This document shows positions 56,968 through 64,000 of a stretch of 64,000 bases of DNA, piece after piece. Origin of the DNA: an uncultured delta proteobacterium (GTDB taxonomy: Bacteria; Myxococcota_A; Polyangia; Polyangiales; Polyangiaceae); assembly GCA_963850305.1 (NCBI GenBank), contig CAWKKR010000011.1, positions 320,001 through 384,000 on the forward strand, given 5' to 3'. The translations under genes were made by a program, and so were the position numbers. The notes beneath the pieces were generated by a model. The model was given only the letters and a program-made list of their open reading frames with translations, searched no databases and was not told where the DNA came from. Position 1 is the stretch's first letter, and each line of letters begins with the position of its first letter.

Positions 56968-58779
56968 TCAGTCGTCGCGTCGCGGGCGCTTATTCCCGTC
57001 GAGAACGCGCTTGCGAACCCGCACGGAGTCCGGCGTCACTTCGACGAGCTCGTCGCGGTCGACGAACTCCAGGGCGGATTCGATCGTGAGCCGGTGCGGG
57101 GGCGACAGGATCACGTTCTCGTCGCGACCCGCGGCGCGGATGTTCGTGAGCTTCTTCTCGCGGGTCACGTTGACCTCGAGATCCTGGGGACGATTGTGCT
57201 GCCCGACGATCATGCCCTCGTAGACCTCGATGCCCGGGTCGATGAAGAGCACCCCCCGCGGCTGCACGTGAAAGAGCGCGTAAGGCGTCGCGATGCCCGT
57301 GCGGTCCGAGATGATCGCGCCGCTCGGACGGCGCAGCATGACGCCCCCCATGGGCTCCCACCCGTCGAACAGCGTGTTCAAGAGCCCTGTGCCGCGCGTT
57401 TCCGTCAAGAACGTCGAGCGGAAGCCGATGAGCCCGCGTGACGGGACACGGAACTCGAGGCGCGCGCGCCCCTGGGTGGGGGTGTGCATCTTGAGCATCT
57501 GTCCACGCCGCTCGCCGAGCCGCGTCGTCACCGCGCCCACGTAGGTGTCGGGGATGTCGACGATGACGAGCTCGAATGGCTCGTGGAGAACCCCGTTCTC
57601 CTCCTTCGTGACGACTTCGGGCATCCCGATCGCAAACTCGTAGCCTTCACGCCGCATCGTCTCGGCGAGGATCGCGAGCATGAGCTCTCCGCGACCGGAC
57701 ACCGTGAACGAATCCGGCTCCTCCGTCGGATCGACCCTGAGGGCGATGTTGCGCTTCGCCTCGCGCTCCAGCCGGTCCTTCACGTGTCGCGACGTCACCC
57801 ACTTGCCGGCGCGCCCCGCGAACGGCGAGTCGTTCACGCGGAACGTGATCTTGATCGTCGGTTGCTCCACGACGATGCGCGGCATCGCCGTCCGCACCTC
57901 GGGGTCCGAGAGGGTGTCGCCGATCTGGACGTCGTCGAAGCCGGCAACGGCGACGATGTCTCCCGCCTCCATCGCGTCCGTCTTGACCCGGCGAAGGCCT
58001 TCGAACGAGTACACCTGCACGACACGCCCGAGCTTCTCGCCCTTCTCGTGGAGGACGGCCACCTGCTTGCCGGTGACGATGCGCCCCTGGTGAATGCGCC
58101 CGATCGCGAGGCGTCCGACGTACTCGTCGTGGTGCACGTCGTGCACCAGCATGGCCAGCGGCGCCTCCGGATCGCCCGTCGGTGGCGGCACCTTCTCCAC
58201 TATCGTCTCGAACAGGGGCAGCAAGGAGCTTCGCTCATCCGTGAGCTGACGCATCGCCACACCGTCGCGACCGACCGCGTACACCGCCGGGAACTCCGCT
58301 TGCTTGTCGCTCGCCTCGAGGTCGCAGAAGAGCGCGAACACTTCGTCCAGCACGACGTCGGGACGGGAATCGGGGCGGTCGATCTTGTTGATGACGACGA
58401 TGATCGTCATGCCGAGCTCGAGCGCCTTGCCGAGCACGAATCGCGTCTGCGGCAGCGGACCCTCCGCCGCGTCCACGAGGAGCAGCGCGCCGTCCGCCAT
58501 CTTCAGCGTCCGCTCCACCTCGCCGCCGAAGTCCGCGTGCCCGGGCGTGTCGATGATGTTGAACTTGTAGCCGTTCCACGTCAGCGCCGCGTTCTTCGCG
58601 AGGATCGTGATACCGCGCTCGCGCTCGAGGTCGTTCGAGTCGAGCACGCGCTCGGCGACGGCTTCGTTCACGCGGAACACGCCGGCCTGCTTCAGCATGT
58701 TGTCGACGAGCGTCGTCTTGCCGTGATCGACGTGCGCGATGATCGCGATGTTGCGAATGTGATCTCTGCTCTGGTTCAC
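56968..58779 (-). CDS. typA: Translational GTPase TypA/BipA
   Basis: 'AHVDHGKTT', 'ERERGITILAKN', 'DTPGHADFGGEVER', 'GRGEL', 'KKLTNIRAAG'. Confidence 0.97.
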   Translation of the reverse strand: MNQSRDHIRNIAIIAHVDHGKTTLVDNMLKQAGVFRVNEAVAERVLDSNDLERERGITILAKNAALTWNGYKFNIIDTPGHADFGGEVERTLKMADGALLLVDAAEGPLPQTRFVLGKALELGMTIIVVINKIDRPDSRPDVVLDEVFALFCDLEASDKQAEFPAVYAVGRDGVAMRQLTDERSSLLPLFETIVEKVPPPTGDPEAPLAMLVHDVHHDEYVGRLAIGRIHQGRIVTGKQVAVLHEKGEKLGRVVQVYSFEGLRRVKTDAMEAGDIVAVAGFDDVQIGDTLSDPEVRTAMPRIVVEQPTIKITFRVNDSPFAGRAGKWVTSRHVKDRLEREAKRNIALRVDPTEEPDSFTVSGRGELMLAILAETMRREGYEFAIGMPEVVTKEENGVLHEPFELVIVDIPDTYVGAVTTRLGERRGQMLKMHTPTQGRARLEFRVPSRGLIGFRSTFLTETRGTGLLNTLFDGWEPMGGVMLRRPSGAIISDRTGIATPYALFHVQPRGVLFIDPGIEVYEGMIVGQHNRPQDLEVNVTREKKLTNIRAAGRDENVILSPPHRLTIESALEFVDRDELVEVTPDSVRVRKRVLDGNKRPRRDD

Positions 58780-58809
58780 GGCACGCTCCGGCGAATGGGA
58801 GCGGGCTAA

Positions 58810-61800
58810 CTAGCCGAGGTGCGGAGGCCGCGCCAGCACTTCCGGAAACCGCGCGGAAGCCCCGCCGAACAGCGACGCCAGGACCGCGCCCGTTGCCGTC
58901 TTCTTCTTCGCGACGGCGCGGGGCGGACCCTCCGCGACGATGCGGCCGCCCCGGTCGCCGCCGTCGGGCCCGAGCTCGATCGGATGATCGGCGCTCGCCA
59001 TCACGACGGGATGGTGCTCGATGACGACGAGGGTGTCGCCGCGCTCCACGAGGCGCCCGAGGACGCGGACCAGCTTCGAGACGTCGGCGAGGTGCAGGCC
59101 CGTCGTGGGTTCGTCGAGGACGTACAGGGTGGGCTCGTGACGCACGGACGCGGTGAGCTCGGCCGACAGCTTGAGCCGCTGGGCTTCCCCGCCCGACAGC
59201 GTGTGTGACCCCTGCCCGAGCTTGATGTATCCCGCGCCGAGATCGACGAGGGTGCGGAGCGGCGAGGCGATGTTCGGGTGATTCCGGAACACGTCGGTCG
59301 CTTCCTCGGCGGTCAGCTCCAGCGCGTCGCCGATGGTGAGCCCGAGGTAGCGGACGTCGAGCGTGCTCGGCTCGAACCGCTTGCCCTCGCACGCCGGACA
59401 GCGCGAGACGACGTCGGGCAAGAAGCTCATCTCGTGCGTGATGACGCCTTGCCCTTCGCACGCGGGGCAGCGCCCCCCCTTCGGCGTGTTGAAGGAGAAT
59501 CGCGCCTTCGAGAAGCCGCGCACCTTGGCGTCGTTCGACGCCGCGAAGATGCCTCGGAGCACGTCCCAGATCCCCAGGAACGTCGCGGGCACGGAGCGCG
59601 GCGTGCGCCCGATGGGCGACTGGTCCACGGACACCGCCCTCGCGAGCGGCCCCGTACCGGTGAGGCGATCGAACGGCCCGGGTTCGTCGGCGACCAGGCC
59701 CAGCTTCGCGCGGAGCGCCGGCAAGAGCACTTGTCGGACGAGGGTGCTCTTGCCGGACCCGCTCACGCCGGCAACCACGACGAACCGACCCAGTGGAATC
59801 CGGAGGTCGACATTCTTCAGGTTGTTCGCGCGGGCTCCCAGCAGCTCGAGACGCGGGCTCTTCGCGGTCTCCGCGAGCGGCGCCCGAAGCTCCGGGGGCG
59901 TGGCCAGCGCCCGTCCCGTCGGGGACTCGGCGAGAGCGAGCACGTCTCGCGGCGTCCCTTCGGCGACGACGCGGCCTCCGTGCGAGCCGCCGCCCGGGCC
60001 GAGGTCCACGAGGTGGTCCGCCGCGAGGATGGTGTCCGCGTCGTGCTCGACGACGAGGACCGTCGAACCGATGTCGACGAGCCGACGCAGGTTGCCGAGC
60101 AGGCGCCCCGTGTCGCGCGGGTGCAAGCCGATGGTCGGCTCGTCGAGGACGTAGAGCGCCCCGGTCAGCCCCGCGCCGAGCTGCGCGGCCAGGCGCAAGC
60201 GCTGCATCTCGCCGCCGGAGAGCGTGCGCGCCGCGCGGTCGAGCGAGAGATAGTCCAGGCCCACTTCCACGAGAAACCGGAGCCGGCGCAAAAGCTCCGC
60301 CAGCGGGGCTTCGGCGATGCGCGCGGCATCGCCGGTGAACCTCCACGACGATGCCCGAGAGAGCGCCCCCGCGACGGAGCGCGCCGTGACCTCGTGAAAC
60401 CGGTCCCCGAGCAGACGCGCCTGGCGCGGCAAAGGTGCGAGGCGCGTTCCGGCACAATCCGGACAGGGTGCCGTCTCGGCTTCCGCGGTGGCGTGCGACC
60501 GCTTGCGCGCCGTCACTTCGACGACGCCGTTGCCCTCGCAGGTCGCGCACCGGCCCTGCGCGGTGTTGAACGAGAACCAGCGCGGGTCCAGCTCCGGCAC
60601 CGAAAGGCCGCACACCGGACACGCGCTCTTCGTCGAGAAGCGTTCGGTGGCACCGTCCGCGTTCCTGAGCTTCACGGCTCCCCCACCCCATTTCATCGCG
60701 ATGCGGACCGTCTTTTCGTCCAGGGACTTCGGCGACACCAGCTCCGAGAAGACGAGGTCGATGGTGTGCTCCTGCGTCTTCTTGAGCCGCGGCGGCGCAT
60801 CCGTGGACACGCGTTGCCCGTCACAATACGCCTCCGGGATGCCGGCACGCGCCGCGGCCGTGAACACGTCCAGGTACGTCCCTTTCCGCGCTTCCACGGC
60901 GGGCGATAGGAGCATCGCCTTGCCACGAGCGGTGCGCACCGCCCGGAGCACGGCGTCCTCGCTCTGCGTCGCGATCGGTTCGTCGTGATCCGGACAGTCG
61001 GGCACCGCCAGCTTGGCGTAGAGGAGCCTGAGATAGTGTGCGACCTCCGTGACCGTCGCGACCGTGGACTTGCCGCCGGCCCGCGAGGTCCGTTGCTCGA
61101 GCGCAATCGACGGGGGCACGCCGTCGACGGCGTCCACGTCGGGCCGCGGCATCGTCGGCAGAAACTGACGCGCGTACGGCGTGAGCGTCTCGAGGAAGCG
61201 GCGCTGCCCTTCGGCGAACACGACGTCGAACGCGAGCGAGCTCTTGCCGGAACCGCTCGGCCCCGTGACGACGGTGAGCGCGCCGTGCGGGATCGACACG
61301 CTCACGTCCCTCAGGTTGTGTTCGCGCGCGCGGCGCACCGACAGGGCCAGGCGTTGCGTCTCCGGCGCGGCCCTCCTCTGGACGGGGAACACACCCGGCG
61401 CGTCTCGTTCGCGCAGTGCTCGACCGGTGCGCGAATCCGCCCGCGCCACGTCGGACGGAGTGCCCTCGGCGACGACACGCCCGCCGCCCGCGCCGGCGTC
61501 GGGACCGAGATCGACGACCCAGTCCGCGCGCGCCACGACGTCGAGATCGTGGTCGACGACAATGGCGGTGCCGCCGGCGTCCACGATGGCGTCGAGCGCG
61601 TCGAGCACCTTCGCGACCTCGTCGGCGTGGAGGCCCGCGCTCGGCTCGTCCAGGATGAGAAGCTCGCCGTCGTGGTCCTCGCCGAGCGCGCGCGCGAGCT
61701 TCAGTCGCTGCGCTTCGCCTCCGGACAGCGTCGAGAGGGGTTGCCCGAGGCGCAGGTAGCCGAGCCCGAGCATGCGGAGTGGCCCGAGCGCTCGCAGGAT

Positions 61801-64000
61801 CGCCTTCTCGTCGTGGAAGAGCTCGAAGACCGCATCCACGGTGGACTCGAGGATGTCGGCGACGTTCTTGCCGCGGAACTCGACGCTGAGGGTCTCGTCG
61901 TTGAAGCGCCGGCCCTTGCACACGGGGCACATGAGGCGCACGTCCGCGAGAAACTGCATCTCGACGGTCTCGAAGCCCTCGCCCGAGCACGCCTCGCAGC
62001 GGCCCCCCTCGACGTTGAACGAGAACGCGGACGCCCCGAGTCCGAGCGCCGTCGCGCGCGGCGCGGTCGCGAGGAGCTTTCGGACGGTGTCCCACGCCTT
62101 CGTGTACGTCGCGGAGTTCCCTCGGGACGTGCGTCCGAGCGGCGACTGATCCACGAGCGTCACGCGGCGGATCTTCTCGAGCCCGCGGATGCCGTCGCAA
62201 ACGCCCGGCGGATCGACGTCCGTGCCGCCGAGCCTGCGGGCCACGGTGCGGTGCAGAATCCCTTCGACGAGCGTACTCTTGCCGGAGCCGCTCGGTCCCG
62301 TGACGGCGCAGACGACGCCGAGCGGCAGCCGCACGGTGATGTCGCGCAGGTTGTTCTCGCGAGCGCCGCGGATCTCGAGGTGGCCCGTCGGTTTGCGGGG
62401 TTCGCGCGCGCTTCGCTTCGCGCCCGCGAGCGCCCGCGCCGTGGCGCCTCCGAGTCGCGAGAGCTCGGCCGGCGTCCCATCCGCGACGATGCGTCCGCCC
62501 TCGGCGCCCGCCCCTGGCCCGAGCTCGACGACGCGATCCGCGCCGCGGATCATCGTCGGATCATGCTCGATCACGAGCACGGTGTTGCCTCGCTCGCCGA
62601 GCTCCCGCACAATCTCCGCGAGCGGCACGACGTCGGTCGGATGCAGCCCCACGGTGGGTTCGTCGAGCACGAAGAGCGCGTTGCACAGCGAGGTGCCGAG
62701 CGCCGCCGTCAGCGTCACACGCTGCGCTTCGCCGCCGGAGAGCGTCCGTGCCTGACGGTCGAGCGTCAGATAGCCGAGCCCCACGCGCTCCAGGTACCCG
62801 AGCCGGCTCGCGAGCTCCCGCCGCGCGATGTCGCCCTGACCCGTCTTCGTCGCGAGCGCGGACAGCCTGGCGCGCGCTTCGCGGATCTCGAGGGCACGCC
62901 ACGCCGCGATGTCGATGTCGCCCACGTGATACGAGAGCGCGTGCGCGCCGAGCCTTTTTCCGCCGCACGCGGCGCACGGGTCGTAAGACCGATACCGCGA
63001 GAGCAGCACGCGCACGTGCATCTTGTACGCACGCGTCTCGAGCCACTTGAACCAGCCGAGGACGCCCGGAAACTTGCCCTTGCCCCAGGGACCATCGCCG
63101 TCGAGGACGATGCGTTGCTGAGCCTTCGTGAGCGACGACCACGGTTGATCCGCCGGAACGTCGTGGCGCTTGCACAGCTTGTCGAGCTGCGCGCGCTCCC
63201 ACTTCGTGCTCTTGCCGCCCCAGGGACGAACGGCGCCACCGGCCAGCGTCCTGGCCGGATCCGGAATCACCTTGTCGAGATCGACGCCGATGGTACGGCC
63301 GAAGCCGCGACAGGGCCGGCACGCGCCGACCGGCGAATCATACGAAAAGAGGCCCGTCTCCGGCACGGACAGCGCCCGCGCGCACACCGGACATCCGAGC
63401 CCGCGCCGGAGCACGAGCGGCGGCGTGGCGCCGTTCTTGCCGTTCTCCGCCGGGCGCTGCACGTGCGCGAGCCCGGCGCTCCGACCCCACGCTTGCTCGA
63501 TGCTCGCCGCGAACCGGCCCTGTTCGTCGGCCGTCGCGCGCAGCCAATCGACCACGACCTCCGCTCTCTTCGCCTTCGCAACGACGGACGGCTTCACACC
63601 GTCTATGTCCTCGGCCTTGCCGCCGATCCAGAGACGCCGGTAGCCGTCCTGCGCCAGCGCGTCCCGGACGACGAGATACGTCTCCGCGTTCTCGACGGCG
63701 AGGGGATAGGTAATGGCGACATTCGCTCCGGCAAGCGCCGTGGTCGCGTGCCGCGCGGCCGCGATGGGATCGAGGGACACTGCTTCCATGCCGTGCTCCG
63801 GGCACGTCGCGACGGCTTCGCGCGTGAAGAGGGCGACGAGATACGGCTCGAGATCCGCCATCGTCGCGACCGTCGAGCGCGAGCTTTTCACGGGCGCGCG
63901 CCGGTCCACGGCGATCCCCGCCGGCACGGGCTCGAGCTCGTCCATCGGGGGACGCTCGAGGCGCTCGAGAAACTGCCGCGCGTACGGGCTGAAGCTCTCG
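58810..64000 (-). CDS. uvrA: Excinuclease ABC subunit A, tandem-duplicated form; 5' end lies outside the window
   Basis: >1711 aa with four LSGGE signatures, repeated 'GARENNL/AREHNL/GARANNL', 'PYARQFL' and Zn fingers; frame stays open to the window edge. Confidence 0.93.
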   Translation of the reverse strand, partial: ESFSPYARQFLERLERPPMDELEPVPAGIAVDRRAPVKSSRSTVATMADLEPYLVALFTREAVATCPEHGMEAVSLDPIAAARHATTALAGANVAITYPLAVENAETYLVVRDALAQDGYRRLWIGGKAEDIDGVKPSVVAKAKRAEVVVDWLRATADEQGRFAASIEQAWGRSAGLAHVQRPAENGKNGATPPLVLRRGLGCPVCARALSVPETGLFSYDSPVGACRPCRGFGRTIGVDLDKVIPDPARTLAGGAVRPWGGKSTKWERAQLDKLCKRHDVPADQPWSSLTKAQQRIVLDGDGPWGKGKFPGVLGWFKWLETRAYKMHVRVLLSRYRSYDPCAACGGKRLGAHALSYHVGDIDIAAWRALEIREARARLSALATKTGQGDIARRELASRLGYLERVGLGYLTLDRQARTLSGGEAQRVTLTAALGTSLCNALFVLDEPTVGLHPTDVVPLAEIVRELGERGNTVLVIEHDPTMIRGADRVVELGPGAGAEGGRIVADGTPAELSRLGGATARALAGAKRSAREPRKPTGHLEIRGARENNLRDITVRLPLGVVCAVTGPSGSGKSTLVEGILHRTVARRLGGTDVDPPGVCDGIRGLEKIRRVTLVDQSPLGRTSRGNSATYTKAWDTVRKLLATAPRATALGLGASAFSFNVEGGRCEACSGEGFETVEMQFLADVRLMCPVCKGRRFNDETLSVEFRGKNVADILESTVDAVFELFHDEKAILRALGPLRMLGLGYLRLGQPLSTLSGGEAQRLKLARALGEDHDGELLILDEPSAGLHADEVAKVLDALDAIVDAGGTAIVVDHDLDVVARADWVVDLGPDAGAGGGRVVAEGTPSDVARADSRTGRALRERDAPGVFPVQRRAAPETQRLALSVRRAREHNLRDVSVSIPHGALTVVTGPSGSGKSSLAFDVVFAEGQRRFLETLTPYARQFLPTMPRPDVDAVDGVPPSIALEQRTSRAGGKSTVATVTEVAHYLRLLYAKLAVPDCPDHDEPIATQSEDAVLRAVRTARGKAMLLSPAVEARKGTYLDVFTAAARAGIPEAYCDGQRVSTDAPPRLKKTQEHTIDLVFSELVSPKSLDEKTVRIAMKWGGGAVKLRNADGATERFSTKSACPVCGLSVPELDPRWFSFNTAQGRCATCEGNGVVEVTARKRSHATAEAETAPCPDCAGTRLAPLPRQARLLGDRFHEVTARSVAGALSRASSWRFTGDAARIAEAPLAELLRRLRFLVEVGLDYLSLDRAARTLSGGEMQRLRLAAQLGAGLTGALYVLDEPTIGLHPRDTGRLLGNLRRLVDIGSTVLVVEHDADTILAADHLVDLGPGGGSHGGRVVAEGTPRDVLALAESPTGRALATPPELRAPLAETAKSPRLELLGARANNLKNVDLRIPLGRFVVVAGVSGSGKSTLVRQVLLPALRAKLGLVADEPGPFDRLTGTGPLARAVSVDQSPIGRTPRSVPATFLGIWDVLRGIFAASNDAKVRGFSKARFSFNTPKGGRCPACEGQGVITHEMSFLPDVVSRCPACEGKRFEPSTLDVRYLGLTIGDALELTAEEATDVFRNHPNIASPLRTLVDLGAGYIKLGQGSHTLSGGEAQRLKLSAELTASVRHEPTLYVLDEPTTGLHLADVSKLVRVLGRLVERGDTLVVIEHHPVVMASADHPIELGPDGGDRGGRIVAEGPPRAVAKKKTATGAVLASLFGGASARFPEVLARPPHLG

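Noticed and set aside
58235..60691. Long alternative-frame and antisense ORFs (e.g. 58235-60691, 59278-60909, 57484-58809)
   Set aside because: Arg/Ala/Pro-rich shadow ORFs over well-supported genes, typical of very high-GC DNA

Overview
High-GC bacterial chromosome segment whose gene content (pilMNOPQ, DUF2378-like proteins, kinase-sigma54 activator fusion, ECF/FecR-TPR module) points to a myxobacterium, probably Polyangiaceae-like (inference). Recognisable genes: putA, a pentaheme cytochrome c, a CocE/NonD hydrolase, pilMNOPQ, cdsA, a Glu/Leu/Phe/Val dehydrogenase, a Ser/Thr kinase-GAF-sigma54 activator followed by an orphan Dam-family methylase, recQ, a VWA protein, an RlmD/TrmA-RluA fusion, an alkyl-sulfatase-like MBL, an ECF sigma operon, cimA, a biuret catabolic cluster (ABC transporter, biuH, cupin, atzF) flanked by two porins, pirin, typA and a tandem-duplicated uvrA cut by the window edge. 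Six genes carry single-base frameshifts, most likely assembly errors. The most unusual non-coding signals are (i) a ~125-nt nested hairpin element in three copies (41.3 kb and 56.7-57.0 kb) with compensatory base changes, two copies lying next to an IS91-like remnant, and (ii) a near-perfect 21-bp tandem array at 53.3-53.65 kb upstream of an orphan gene with a basic C-terminal region, echoed by a short 21-bp repeat at the window start. No tRNA, rRNA or CRISPR array was recognised. All family calls are from motif recognition by eye; no database search was run.
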